Shown: positions 32,875-42,636 of the stretch, piece by piece
Layout of the letters: each line of letters begins with the position of its first letter
How positions within the stretch are numbered: the first letter of the stretch is position 1
Origin: an uncultured SAR86 cluster bacterium
GTDB lineage: Bacteria > Pseudomonadota > Gammaproteobacteria > Magnimaribacterales > D2472
Length of the DNA: 64,000 nucleotides
Direction of reading: 5' to 3'
NCBI GenBank assembly: GCA_902623535.1
Contig: CACNUA010000001.1
Location: 45,711-109,710, forward strand
Program-made: the position numbers and the translations under genes
The notes under the pieces: generated by a model
Database searches by the model: none
Seen by the model: only the letters and a program-made list of their open reading frames with translations
What the model was told of the DNA's origin: nothing

Positions 32875-34117
32875 AATCATTGGCGGTTGCAGATTAGAAG
32901 GTGCAATAGAATGCTCAGGCTCAAAAAATGCTGCCTTACCGATATTGGCTGCGTCAATACTTTCAGACAAAACTATCACATTTGATAACTTGCCGTACTT
33001 ACAAGACATCACAACTATGTTCGAGCTTCTTGGCTCAATGGGAGTAGATATAGTTCTTGATGAGTCAATGAAGTTTTCTGTTGATTCATCAAATATTAAG
33101 AATTTTGAGGCCCGATATGAACTTGTTAAAACTATGAGGGCATCAATTCTAGTTTTGGGCGCTTTATTGGGAAGGTACGGTCAAGCAAAAATTGCTTTAC
33201 CAGGCGGATGTGCAATTGGAACAAGGCCTGTAAATTTCCATTTAACTGCTCTTGAGCAAATGGGAGCCGAAATTGAATTAGATGGGGGCTATATTATTGC
33301 CAAAGCTAAAAAACTCGCTGGGGCGGATATAACTTTTGGGGGTGTGACTGTTACCGGAACTGAAAATCTAATCATGGCTGCAGTTTTAGCCAATGGAAAA
33401 ACCATTTTAAGGAATGCTGCTAGAGAACCCGAGGTAGTAGATTTGTCTAATTTTCTTAATTCAATTGGTGCAAAGATTGAGGGGGCTGGTACTGATGAAA
33501 TTTATATTGAAGGTGTAAAGGAATTGACGGGCGGAGATTGCATTATTCCATCGGATAGAATTGAAGCAGGTACTTATCTTGCAGCAGCCACAGTTACAAA
33601 TGGATCTATTACAATCAAAAAAGTAGATCCCGATAGGTTAGAAAATATTCTTTCAAAACTAAGACTCTGCGGTGCAGATATTGAAACAACAAATGAATCT
33701 GTTTCAATTGAAATGAGGAGTGACATTAATCCAGTTGATATTCAAACTCAACCATTTCCAGGATTCCCTACTGATATGCAAGCTCAATTTACAGTTATAA
33801 ATGCTTTATCAAATGGTACATCAGTTATTACTGAAAATGTTTTTGAAAATCGTTTTATGCATGTTCAAGAATTAGTTCGCATGGGTTGTAACATTTCCAT
33901 ACAAGGGAAAAACGCATTTATTCAAGGAGTTAAAGCAATTGCAGGTGCACAGGTAATGGCTACAGATCTCAGAGCATCTGCCTGCCTAATTCTAGCTGGA
34001 TTGTGTGCCGAAGGTGAAACAATAGTTGATAGAATCTATCACATTGACAGGGGTTATGAGAGGATAGAAGAAAAGCTATCCTATCTTGGTGCAAATATAG
34101 TTAGATTGCCTAGATAG
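32861..34117 (+). CDS. murA: UDP-N-acetylglucosamine 1-carboxyvinyltransferase
   Basis: GSKNAALPILAAS, active-site LPGGCAIGTRPVNFH and C-terminal IYHIDRGYERIEEKL. TTG start. Confidence 0.96.
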   Translation: MEKLKIIGGCRLEGAIECSGSKNAALPILAASILSDKTITFDNLPYLQDITTMFELLGSMGVDIVLDESMKFSVDSSNIKNFEARYELVKTMRASILVLGALLGRYGQAKIALPGGCAIGTRPVNFHLTALEQMGAEIELDGGYIIAKAKKLAGADITFGGVTVTGTENLIMAAVLANGKTILRNAAREPEVVDLSNFLNSIGAKIEGAGTDEIYIEGVKELTGGDCIIPSDRIEAGTYLAAATVTNGSITIKKVDPDRLENILSKLRLCGADIETTNESVSIEMRSDINPVDIQTQPFPGFPTDMQAQFTVINALSNGTSVITENVFENRFMHVQELVRMGCNISIQGKNAFIQGVKAIAGAQVMATDLRASACLILAGLCAEGETIVDRIYHIDRGYERIEEKLSYLGANIVRLPR

Positions 34118-35090
34118 ACTCAGTCTTGATAATATAAGAGTGCAATTTACCCTTATCATCTAGAAGAGTAAAGCTTATTTCATCACCTGGAAAAGCGTTT
34201 TCAAGGACAAGCCTTAGCCTTTCAAGACTCATAGGCTCTTCATTTATTTCAAGGATGCATAATCTTTCATGTCTCTCAAATAAATTTAAAATTGGGCCAC
34301 TTGAATAATTAACTATTTCACCACAATATTTAAGCTGATTCTTGTACAAAATCCTTATTGAACGGATAGAAAAGTTTCCTAATGATGCTTTTTTTGCAAC
34401 CCCAAACTTAATTATCTCAGAGGCTATATCTGAAAGCTTATCAACTGGTAAAGCGAAGCTTATTCCAGAGAAAGAACCTGTAGTTGAAAAAATTTTCGAT
34501 GTAATTCCAACTAATTCTCCATTTTCATTAATCAGTGCTCCTCCTGAATTTCCTGGATTTACTGCAGCATCTGTTTGTATAAGCTCTAGATATGGATTTC
34601 CAGTATTTCTATTATTTGCACTTACAATTCCTGATGTAACAGTTAAACCAAGCCCAAATGGGTCACCTATTGCAAAAACATTATCACCAACACTAATCGA
34701 ATTTTTTTTTGCAAAGGCAATTGAATTGAAATTCAACCCATTTTCTTTAGTAACTTTTAGTATGGCTAAATCCGAACGCTTATCAAAGCCAATTAAATTT
34801 GCATCTAGATTGATACCATCATTGGTTTCTACAATAAAGTTTTGTATCCCGCTAATTACATGTAGATTTGTTGCTATATAACCCTCATCGGAGATAATTA
34901 CCCCTGAACCAATGTGTTTTTCATTGAAAGCCGATGACCGAGTTGGCCTTGTTTTAATGATCACAACAGATTTAACTATTTTTTCAAAATTTAGATAATT
35001 TCTATCAATTGAGAAGTGAAATATACTAAACACGGCTAAAGCCACTAATGCAACTGCAATAATTGATTTAAAGTAAAGATTAATCGCCAT
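34110..35090 (-). CDS. DegS/AlgW-like membrane-anchored S1C serine endoprotease
   Basis: N-terminal TM anchor. Catalytic triad contexts TNLHVI, SDLAILKV and NPGNSGGALIN. Short, degenerate PDZ-like C-terminus. Confidence 0.8.
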   Translation of the reverse strand: MAINLYFKSIIAVALVALAVFSIFHFSIDRNYLNFEKIVKSVVIIKTRPTRSSAFNEKHIGSGVIISDEGYIATNLHVISGIQNFIVETNDGINLDANLIGFDKRSDLAILKVTKENGLNFNSIAFAKKNSISVGDNVFAIGDPFGLGLTVTSGIVSANNRNTGNPYLELIQTDAAVNPGNSGGALINENGELVGITSKIFSTTGSFSGISFALPVDKLSDIASEIIKFGVAKKASLGNFSIRSIRILYKNQLKYCGEIVNYSSGPILNLFERHERLCILEINEEPMSLERLRLVLENAFPGDEISFTLLDDKGKLHSYIIKTESI

Positions 35091-35100
35091 AATTTAAAAG

Positions 35101-36129
35101 ATGATATCAATATCTATTCTAGATGAATTCCAAAAAAAGGACATTAAGCTAGATGCTAAACAAGTAGAATTTTTGAATCTTGTTGAAGTTTCAATTAAAC
35201 AAGATAGAAAAATCCTAAGTTTTTTGAGACCTCATAAAATCCCAAGCATCTATCTGTATGGAGGAGTGGGAATTGGCAAAACTATCCTTTTGAAAAGCAT
35301 AGCTAGTAAGCTATATCAAGAATTTGAATTTATCCATTTCACTAACTTCATGAACTCACTTAAAAAGAAACTTGATCAACTGGATGGCCAAAAGAATCCG
35401 TTAGATAAAGTCATTGAGGAGTTCAAAGACCAAAAAAAACTAATATTTATTGATGAGTTTCAAGTAGAGGATGTAGCTGATGCAATGATAATTGCAGAAG
35501 TCATTCCAAAACTTTTTTTAAATGAAATCCCCCTATTCATTTCTTCTAATTCAAGTGTAGATGAACTGTATCAAAACGGTCTCCAGAGAGAGAAACTAAT
35601 TAAATCTCTTCAATTTATAAAAAACAATTTCCTATACCATCATTTGGATTCAACAAAAGATTACAGAAAAACAAATTCATCTCTACTTAACATGGGTTCA
35701 TCCAATGAGGGTGAAATTATTAAGTTAATCGAAAGCTATTTTGGCGAGAGGATTAAATTAAACAATGAATTAATTTTAAATAATAGAAAATTCCCTGTAA
35801 AAGGTTTCACATCAGAATGCCTTTGGATAGATCTTGAAAATTTTTTTTCATCACCTGTTGCAACTCAAGATTTCAATCTTTTATGCAGGGATTTTAATTG
35901 GATTTTTTTAAGTAATATTTCATTACTAAATGATGAATCAATGGATTTGGTTAGAAGACTAATAGCCTTTGTTGATATAGCATATATTGCTAAAACTAAA
36001 ATTAAATTTTTTTATCCAGCAGCATATTTACATCAAATATATAATGGCAGGGGGCTTTCAAACTTGTGGGAGAGGACAGCAAGTAGATTGATTGAAATGT
36101 CATCCCAAGAATACATCACAAAAAATTAA
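35101..36129 (+). CDS. zapE: AFG1-family ATPase ZapE
   Basis: Walker A YLYGGVGIGKTILL and Walker B LIFIDEFQVEDVADA. Neighbourhood with rplM-rpsI as for E. coli yhcM/zapE. Confidence 0.8.
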   Translation: MISISILDEFQKKDIKLDAKQVEFLNLVEVSIKQDRKILSFLRPHKIPSIYLYGGVGIGKTILLKSIASKLYQEFEFIHFTNFMNSLKKKLDQLDGQKNPLDKVIEEFKDQKKLIFIDEFQVEDVADAMIIAEVIPKLFLNEIPLFISSNSSVDELYQNGLQREKLIKSLQFIKNNFLYHHLDSTKDYRKTNSSLLNMGSSNEGEIIKLIESYFGERIKLNNELILNNRKFPVKGFTSECLWIDLENFFSSPVATQDFNLLCRDFNWIFLSNISLLNDESMDLVRRLIAFVDIAYIAKTKIKFFYPAAYLHQIYNGRGLSNLWERTASRLIEMSSQEYITKN

Positions 36130-36197
36130 TTCTTCGAGCATAATTTGTTGATTAAATGCTCATGAAACATTAATATTCACGTCTATTTTATAAACAA

Positions 36198-36632
36198 ATG
36201 AAAACAGAATCATTAAATGAGCAGTCTGTAAATCCTAAATGGTATCTAGTGGATGCTGATGGACAAATTCTTGGCAGATTTGCCTCTAAATTAGCTGATA
36301 GGCTTCGTGGAAAGGACAAGCCTACTTTTACCCCTCATGCTGATGGTGGAGACTTCGTAGTAGTTATCAATGCAGAAAAGGTGGCTGTTAGCGGGAGCAA
36401 GTACGATATGAAAACTTACTATAGACATTCACAGTATCCTGGAGGACTTAAAGAAACAACATTTAAAGAAATGATCGATACTAAGCCTGAAGAAGTTATA
36501 AGGCTTGCTGTAAAAGGTATGCTTCCTAAAAACAAGTTAAGCAATAAAATTATCAAGAAATTAAAAATTTATGCAGGTTCAGATCATCCGCATGATTCAC
36601 AACAACCTGAAGTTTGGAAACCAATCAAATGA
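36198..36632 (+). CDS. rplM: 50S ribosomal protein L13
   Basis: [48 protein letters not shown]. Confidence 0.96.
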   Translation: MKTESLNEQSVNPKWYLVDADGQILGRFASKLADRLRGKDKPTFTPHADGGDFVVVINAEKVAVSGSKYDMKTYYRHSQYPGGLKETTFKEMIDTKPEEVIRLAVKGMLPKNKLSNKIIKKLKIYAGSDHPHDSQQPEVWKPIK

Positions 36633-37018
36633 GCAAAATTCATTATGCAACAGGCAGAAGAAAGACTTCCTCTGCAAGAGTTTATCTGAGTAAAGGAAAG
36701 GGAGAGGTCACTGTTAACAGTAAGCCATTAAATGAATATTTTGGTAGGCAGGTTGCTCAGATGCTTGTCATGCAACCCTTAAAACTAACCGAGTTAGAAG
36801 AAAAAATTAACATTAAAGTTATGGTAAAAGGCGGCGGTAGTTTTGGTCAAGCAGGTGCAATCAGGCATGGTATATCTAGGGCCCTAATTGAGTATGATGA
36901 AGAACTTAGGCCGCAATTAAAAAAGGCTGGTTTATTAACTAGAGATCCAAGGAAAGTTGAAAGGAAAAAACCTGGTTTGAAAAAGGCAAGAAAGAGCTCT
37001 CAATTCTCAAAACGATAG
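36629..37018 (+). CDS. rpsI: 30S ribosomal protein S9
   Basis: [15 protein letters not shown]...[19 protein letters not shown]...[26 protein letters not shown] place the start at ATG 36629 (ATGA overlap with the rplM stop), not at the TTG at 36614 in the ORF track. Confidence 0.95.
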   Translation: MSKIHYATGRRKTSSARVYLSKGKGEVTVNSKPLNEYFGRQVAQMLVMQPLKLTELEEKINIKVMVKGGGSFGQAGAIRHGISRALIEYDEELRPQLKKAGLLTRDPRKVERKKPGLKKARKSSQFSKR

Positions 37019-37086
37019 TGGTTTATATTCACTAACTATATTAAAATAGTATATAAACTAATTATATTAGAATATAAGTCCCAATT

Positions 37087-37677
37087 ATGTCCGAATCCGT
37101 CGTTAATGATAGCAGAAGAAAGATTCTTATAGGTATGACTGCTGCCTTAGGGGCTGCTGGCGTACCATTTGCTGCGACACCATTTATTGCTGCCTGGAAT
37201 CCAAGTGCTAAAGCAAAGGCATTAGGTGCTGCTGTGAAAGTTGACATATCAAAAATTGAAGAAGGTCAAATTGTTCAAGTAGCATGGAGAAAGCAACCAG
37301 TCTTTGTTTTGCGCCATACAAAAAACTCCATTTCTAATCTACCATCAGTTGAAACTAAGCTTGCAGATCCAAACTCACTAGCAATAGATGAGCCATATAG
37401 AGACCTATATCCAACTAGATCAAAAAGTAACGAGTTTTCAATACTTGCTGGAGTATGCACACATCTGGGATGTTCCCCAAAATATCATCCTGAAGTTGAA
37501 CCAAAGCCATGGGATGCAACTTGGACAGGAGGTTTCTTTTGCCCTTGCCATGGTTCAATGTTTGATATAGTTGGCAGGGTCTTCAAGGGTGTCCCAGCAC
37601 CAACCAATCTAAAGGTACCACCTCATAATTTTCAGGGATCAATTTTAACAATTGGAGAGGATAAGGAGATTTCTTAA
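37087..37677 (+). CDS. petA: Ubiquinol-cytochrome c reductase, Rieske iron-sulfur subunit
   Basis: Tat-like N-terminus (SRRKILIGMTAALGAAG) and Rieske boxes CTHLGC and CPCHGS. Confidence 0.93.
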   Translation: MSESVVNDSRRKILIGMTAALGAAGVPFAATPFIAAWNPSAKAKALGAAVKVDISKIEEGQIVQVAWRKQPVFVLRHTKNSISNLPSVETKLADPNSLAIDEPYRDLYPTRSKSNEFSILAGVCTHLGCSPKYHPEVEPKPWDATWTGGFFCPCHGSMFDIVGRVFKGVPAPTNLKVPPHNFQGSILTIGEDKEIS

Positions 37678-38882
37678 TGAATACAGTATTTAAGTGGTTT
37701 AACGAACGACTACCAATAGTTAATACATTTGAAAGACATCTTTCAAAACACCCTGTTCCCAAGAAAGTTAATTTTTGGTATCTGTTTGGTGCTTTAGCAT
37801 CAGTTGTCTTGATAATTCAGATAATTTCTGGGATTTGGCTAATGATGCCTTATCAAAATACAGAAGAGGGGGCCTTTTCATCGATAGAATTTATTATGCG
37901 GGATGTAGATTATGGGTGGGTAATCAGGTACATGCATACAACTGGAGCGTCCATGTTTTTTGCAGTGGTATATCTGCATATGTTCAGAGGACTTTTGTAT
38001 GGATCATATAAAAAGCCTAGGGAACTTGTTTGGATTTTTGGTATGACGATCTATCTTGTAATGATGGCTGAAGGTTTTCTGGGGTATGTATTACCTTATG
38101 GCCAAATGTCTTATTGGGGAGCACAAGTAATAATTTCTCTATTTGGAGCTATTCCTTATATTGGTGAATCTCTAGAAGTATGGGTTAGAGGAGACTATTA
38201 TATTTCTGGATCTACGGTTTCAAGGTTTTTTGCTCTGCATGTCGTTGCACTACCTCTTATGTTAATTGCTCTTGTTTTTATGCATTTGGTTGCTCTGCAT
38301 GAAGTTGGTGCTGGTAATCCAGAAGGCGTAGATATTGAGGCACACCTTGATGATGATGGCGTACCCCTTGATAGTGTTCCCTTCTTCCCATACAAAGTTT
38401 TAAATGCCTTGGTTGGTATAGGTGTCTTCATGACAGTTTTTTCAATAATAATGTTCTTTTTTCCAGAAGCTGGAGGATATTTTATTGAAAAAGCTAATTT
38501 TGAAGAAGCTAATCCGCTCAGCACCCCAGAACACATTGCTCCTGTTTGGTATTACTCTCCTTACTATGCAATGCTTAGAGCTGTTCCAGATAAACTTGGA
38601 GGATTAATAGTCATGGCAGGTGCCATTGCAATTTTATTTGTTGTGCCTTGGCTTGACAGAAGTAAAGTTAATTCAATTAGATACAAAGGAATCTTCAGTA
38701 AAATAGCTATTTCTCTATTTGCTATCAGCTTTCTAACCTTAGGCTACCTCGGAACTGTTCCGGTTACTGAATTAAGAACCTTGATGAGCGTTATATGTAC
38801 TGTTATTTATTTCCTATTCTTCTTTTTGATGCCAATTTATACGTCGCTTGAATCTACAAAGCAGCCACCTGAGAGATTATGA
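37677..38882 (+). CDS. petB: Cytochrome b
   Basis: 401-aa polytopic protein with WYLFGALA, RYMHTTGASMFF and the haem-ligand His context FFALHVVALP. Confidence 0.95.
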   Translation: MNTVFKWFNERLPIVNTFERHLSKHPVPKKVNFWYLFGALASVVLIIQIISGIWLMMPYQNTEEGAFSSIEFIMRDVDYGWVIRYMHTTGASMFFAVVYLHMFRGLLYGSYKKPRELVWIFGMTIYLVMMAEGFLGYVLPYGQMSYWGAQVIISLFGAIPYIGESLEVWVRGDYYISGSTVSRFFALHVVALPLMLIALVFMHLVALHEVGAGNPEGVDIEAHLDDDGVPLDSVPFFPYKVLNALVGIGVFMTVFSIIMFFFPEAGGYFIEKANFEEANPLSTPEHIAPVWYYSPYYAMLRAVPDKLGGLIVMAGAIAILFVVPWLDRSKVNSIRYKGIFSKIAISLFAISFLTLGYLGTVPVTELRTLMSVICTVIYFLFFFLMPIYTSLESTKQPPERL

Positions 38883-39673
38883 TTAAAATTTTCATAATTA
38901 TTTTCACTATTTATTTTACACCCAATATATTTTCAGCTGAATCAGCACCATGCGGTGATTACGGAGAATGTGATGATTATAGTTATGATCTTTATAACCT
39001 AGAATCTCTTCAAAAAGGATTAGCGACCTACATAAATTATTGTTACGGTTGTCACTCATTAAAATACTCTCGTTGGGGCAGGATTTCAGTTGATCTCGAA
39101 ATTCCCGAAGAAATATTATTTGAAAATTTAATATTTAATCAAGAGACGAAGCCCGGTGATTTAATGACAGGCTCAATGATAAAAAGAAATGCAGAAGAGT
39201 GGTTTGGTGTTGCACCACCTGATTTAACTTTGGTAACGCGATCACATAGTCCTGAGTGGGTATACACATATCTTAGAACTTTTTATGAGGATGACTCAAA
39301 ACAATATGGGGTTAATAATCTTGTTTATCCTGGTGCTGCCATGCCGAATGTTTTAAGTCATTTACAGGGAAAACAAGTATTGGGTTGCAAAGAAGTACCC
39401 GTTATTGCACCAAATGGTGGCGTCAAACGAGATGAAAATAGAAATGACATTACCGAAGAAAAATGCGGTTACCTAAAAATTAAGGAATCAGGTGAATTAA
39501 CTCAGGCAGGTTTTGATAGCTTGATATATGATCTTACTAATTTCTTAGTATATGTTGGTGAGCCTGCAAAAAGAGATAGAGAAAGAATAGGTTGGTATGT
39601 AATATTCTTCTTTTTAATCTTTACTGCGCTATCATCTTTACTATACAGAGAATACCAAAAGGACTATCACTAG
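38879..39673 (+). CDS. petC: Cytochrome c1
   Basis: Signal peptide, haem motif CYGCHS, PPDLTLV and a C-terminal TM anchor. Confidence 0.88.
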   Translation: MIKIFIIIFTIYFTPNIFSAESAPCGDYGECDDYSYDLYNLESLQKGLATYINYCYGCHSLKYSRWGRISVDLEIPEEILFENLIFNQETKPGDLMTGSMIKRNAEEWFGVAPPDLTLVTRSHSPEWVYTYLRTFYEDDSKQYGVNNLVYPGAAMPNVLSHLQGKQVLGCKEVPVIAPNGGVKRDENRNDITEEKCGYLKIKESGELTQAGFDSLIYDLTNFLVYVGEPAKRDRERIGWYVIFFFLIFTALSSLLYREYQKDYH

Positions 39674-39690
39674 AATTAGGGGAAATAGCT

Positions 39691-40299
39691 ATGATTTTGT
39701 ACTCATTTAAAGACGACCATTACAGCCACAGAGTTAGGATTGTGCTTGCAGAAAAAGATATTGCATGTGAAATCAGAGAAACAAATAATGATGATGCTCC
39801 AGAAGAGATCTTATCAATTAATCCATATCATGAATTACCTATTCTTGTAGATAGGGATTTGGGACTCTATAACACTACCGTAATGATGGAATACTTAGAT
39901 GAAAGATTTCCTCATCCTCCATTACTTCCTGTATATCCAGTCACTAGAGCTAACAGCAGAACGCTTATGCTAAGAATAGATAAAGAAATCTGCCCTCTGG
40001 TTGATAAGTTAAGCACCAAAGACGGTACAGATAAAGAGTTATTAGTTGCCAAAGAGGAGCTTCTTCATGAGATAAGCGCTATCGCCCCAACATTTAAAGA
40101 GTATCCTTTTTTTATGAGTGAGGAATTTTCACTTGCTGATTGTTATCTTGCTCCAATACTTTGGCGCCTTCCATCTCTAGGAATTAATCTTCCCCTGAAT
40201 AGACATCTGAAGCCTATTTTGGATTATCAAGCAAAAATATTTGAGAGGCCTGGCTTTCAAGACAGCCTTTCACTGATAGAAAAAGATCTTAGGGATTAA
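39691..40299 (+). CDS. sspA: Stringent starvation protein A (GST-like)
   Basis: MILYSFKDDHYSHRVRIVLAEKDI...NPYHELPILVDRDL with SD AGGGGAAA 7 nt upstream. The ORF-track start at 39592 would overlap petC and add a non-homologous leader. Confidence 0.85.
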   Translation: MILYSFKDDHYSHRVRIVLAEKDIACEIRETNNDDAPEEILSINPYHELPILVDRDLGLYNTTVMMEYLDERFPHPPLLPVYPVTRANSRTLMLRIDKEICPLVDKLSTKDGTDKELLVAKEELLHEISAIAPTFKEYPFFMSEEFSLADCYLAPILWRLPSLGINLPLNRHLKPILDYQAKIFERPGFQDSLSLIEKDLRD

Positions 40300-41384
40300 A
40301 TCTGAATTACAGGAACACTTCTATCAACACAGTTGCTTCCTGTATAGTTTAGAATTCCTGAGTAACCGTTCACTAAAGCTTTAGTAATGCCAATTTGCTT
40401 AAAAACTTCAATTAAAATCGTGTCACTAATGATTGCATGATTATTTGAAAATATTTCATTTGTATTTGAATAACTTTCCACAGGCCTTGGCATTGGAGCA
40501 AATAGCTTTTCAAGGTCATTTAGATCAATCTCATCGTTAAATAGAAGATTTGCTGAGGATGTACTAAAGTAATTTAAATCTGCGGCATAATTATAATTAA
40601 AGGCTGGCAAAAGCCTTTTTAGATTAGATGCATTTACGTCCAAGATTATTATTTCTAGATTTGAATTTCTTCTTGGTAAAAATTCAATGGTCAGGCCAGA
40701 AGAAATTCTTTTAATCTCATTAAATCTTTCTTGAGATTCTTTAATACCTAAAACTTCTGCTGCAAAAGCTTGTGGATTCTGTTTTTCATAATGATAATTT
40801 TTTTTAGGCGAGAGATTTCCTTCTATAAGATTGTTTTGAAAATTTGAAACTTTTTTATCGGTTATTAATATAAAATCTTTCTCTTTTTGAATTACTTTTT
40901 TAATAACAGATATATCCATATCATCATAGTAACTTGAGCAAAATATAATTTTGTTTAAAGAAATATTGCTAATAGGTTTGCTAGATCTTAATAATTTACT
41001 TTTTATGGGTTGTTCATAAGCACTTAGATGCACATCTTTTGAATCTAGATCAAATGGAGCATTTATTTGCACTCTTTTTTTTGAGACTTGAATCCTATTT
41101 ATGTTGTTATATAAAGTTCTTATTAGGCGTCTATTTTCAGCCTTTAGATTCGTATTATTAAGAATATTTAAAATAAACCCTTTAGCGTCTTGACCAATGT
41201 TTCTGTAGCTAAACAAGAAAGAGATTTTTTTATTTTCCTCATAACTTAAGTTCTGATCATAAAAGAAAAGCTCAGCTTCATTTTTAGCAAATGTATTCTC
41301 AGAATTTATAATTACATATTGAGAATATTGTTGTGATGAGCATGCACTCATTATAACTACTATAATTAAAAGAAAATCTTTCAT
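40296..41384 (-). CDS. Lipoprotein, LpoA/LppC-like (candidate PBP1A activator), 362 aa
   Basis: Lipobox VIMSAC. Divergent from rsmI exactly as lpoA (yraM) is in enterics and pseudomonads. About half the length of E. coli LpoA, and I could not recognise sequence motifs. Confidence 0.45.
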   Translation of the reverse strand: MKDFLLIIVVIMSACSSQQYSQYVIINSENTFAKNEAELFFYDQNLSYEENKKISFLFSYRNIGQDAKGFILNILNNTNLKAENRRLIRTLYNNINRIQVSKKRVQINAPFDLDSKDVHLSAYEQPIKSKLLRSSKPISNISLNKIIFCSSYYDDMDISVIKKVIQKEKDFILITDKKVSNFQNNLIEGNLSPKKNYHYEKQNPQAFAAEVLGIKESQERFNEIKRISSGLTIEFLPRRNSNLEIIILDVNASNLKRLLPAFNYNYAADLNYFSTSSANLLFNDEIDLNDLEKLFAPMPRPVESYSNTNEIFSNNHAIISDTILIEVFKQIGITKALVNGYSGILNYTGSNCVDRSVPVIQI

Positions 41385-41399
41385 ACTTATACTTAATAT

Positions 41400-42233
41400 A
41401 TGCTCTACATTATCGCTGCGCCAATAGGAAATACAAAAGATATCTCTTTGCGATCAATTGAAGCAATTAAATCAGTTAAGTATATATTTGCAGAGGACAC
41501 AAGAAAAACCTCAAGACTTTTATCCGAACTTTCAATAGACAAACCATCCATTCGAACATTTCATGAGCACAATGAAAATGAGGTCTCCAAAAAAATACTC
41601 TCATATCTAATTGATGATATCGATGTAGGAATTATGTCGGATGCAGGAACACCAATTATTTCTGATCCTGGATTTCCGCTTATCAAGCTCTGTATTGAGA
41701 ACAAAATGCCTTTTGAAGTGCTACCAGGTGCATCTTCAGTTATCACTGCCTTGGTTTATTCTGGTCTCCCTCCCAGTTCATTTAATTTCCAAGGATTTTT
41801 TCCAAAAAAAAGTAAAGTAAAAGATAAAGCAATTTCAATAATTAATAATTTCGAGGGCTCAACGATTTTTTTTGAGAGTCCAAAAAGACTCAAAACAACT
41901 ATAAATTTTTTACATCAAAAATTAGGTAATAATTGTGAGATAGCTATTTGTCGTGAGATGACTAAGAAGTTCCAATCAATTAAAAGGGGCTCTTTAAAAA
42001 AAATTGCTCAAGAATTAGAAAATGATGAAATTACATGTAAAGGTGAAATAGTAATTGTACTAAGTTCAAAAAGAGACTCTGTAAAGAATTTCTCTCTTTC
42101 TGAGGAGGAAGGAAAAAAATTTTTGAAATACCTTTCTACAAAGGAAGCTTCAAAACTAATTTATGACCTTTATGGACACAATAAGCAGTCTGTATATAAA
42201 TTTTTGTCAGATATATCTAAAGAGAACATTTAG
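41400..42233 (+). CDS. rsmI: 16S rRNA (cytidine1402-2'-O)-methyltransferase
   Basis: LYIIAAPIGNTKDISLRSIEAIKSVKYIFAEDTRKTSRLL and MSDAGTPIISDPG (tetrapyrrole-methylase-fold RsmI pattern). Confidence 0.9.
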   Translation: MLYIIAAPIGNTKDISLRSIEAIKSVKYIFAEDTRKTSRLLSELSIDKPSIRTFHEHNENEVSKKILSYLIDDIDVGIMSDAGTPIISDPGFPLIKLCIENKMPFEVLPGASSVITALVYSGLPPSSFNFQGFFPKKSKVKDKAISIINNFEGSTIFFESPKRLKTTINFLHQKLGNNCEIAICREMTKKFQSIKRGSLKKIAQELENDEITCKGEIVIVLSSKRDSVKNFSLSEEEGKKFLKYLSTKEASKLIYDLYGHNKQSVYKFLSDISKENI

Positions 42234-42247
42234 TATTAAAATCTACG

Positions 42248-42572
42248 TCGAGTTGGTCGGATGGTCGCTGCTTTTGCAGAGGAAAGTCCGGACTTCATAG
42301 AGCAGGATGCCAGGTAACTCCTGGGAGGCGTGAGCCTACGGAAAGTGCAACAGAAAATATACCGCCCTAGGGTAAGGTTGAAAAGGTGAGGTAAGAGCTC
42401 ACCGCATCAGTGGTAACACTGATGGCAGTGCAAACCCCATCTGAAGCAAGACCAAATAGGAATCTTATTGATTGCTCATCAGAGATTCGGGTAGGTTGCT
42501 AGAGCATTATGGCGACATAATGTCGAGATAGATGGCCATCTAGACAGAATCCGGCTTACAGACCAACTCATT
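42248..42572 (+). ncRNA. rnpB: RNase P RNA, bacterial type A (boundaries +/- a few nt)
   Basis: Universal core elements are present: GAGGAAAGTCCGGAC, AGTGCAACAGAAA, GGTAAGAGCTCACC, CAAGACCAAATAGG and ACAGAATCCGGCTTA. P1 pairing is GAGTTGGTC (42250-58) with GACCAACTC (42561-69). It lies between rsmI and mraZ as in Pseudomonas (from memory). Confidence 0.92.
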
Positions 42573-42598
42573 TGATATTTTTTTTAAAAAAATTAAAA

Positions 42599-42636
42599 AA
42601 AGTGTGTCAAAGTGTGAAAAAATGTTTTAAAGTGTG
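42599..42636 (+). promoter_or_regulatory. Candidate MraZ operator: four direct repeats at exact 10-bp spacing in the mraZ promoter region
   Basis: AAAGTGTGtc / AAAGTGTGaa / AAAATGTTtt / AAAGTGTGta, with unit starts at 42599, 42609, 42619 and 42629. The array ends 24 nt before the mraZ ATG. MraZ is known to bind short direct repeats spaced one helical turn apart upstream of its own operon. Confidence 0.55.

Noticed and set aside
36614-36628. TTG start for rpsI at 36614 (METNQ extension).
   Set aside because: S9 homology begins at [12 protein letters not shown]. The ATG at 36629 forms a classic ATGA stop/start overlap with rplM.
39592-39690. N-terminal extension of sspA in the ORF track (start at 39592, overlapping petC by 82 nt).
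   Set aside because: The extension (MVCNILLFNLYCAIIF...) has no homology to SspA. A good SD (AGGGGAAA) precedes the ATG at 39691, from which the protein aligns with SspA (MILYSFKDDHYSHRVRIVLAEK).
42573-42598. Homopolymer-rich tract after rnpB (TTTGATATTTTTTTTAAAAAAATTAAAAAAA). I considered it as a terminator or slippage-prone phase-variation tract.
   Set aside because: No preceding GC-rich hairpin other than rnpB P1 itself, and it is not within a coding region. It is most simply an AT-rich spacer or UP-element-like region of the mraZ promoter.
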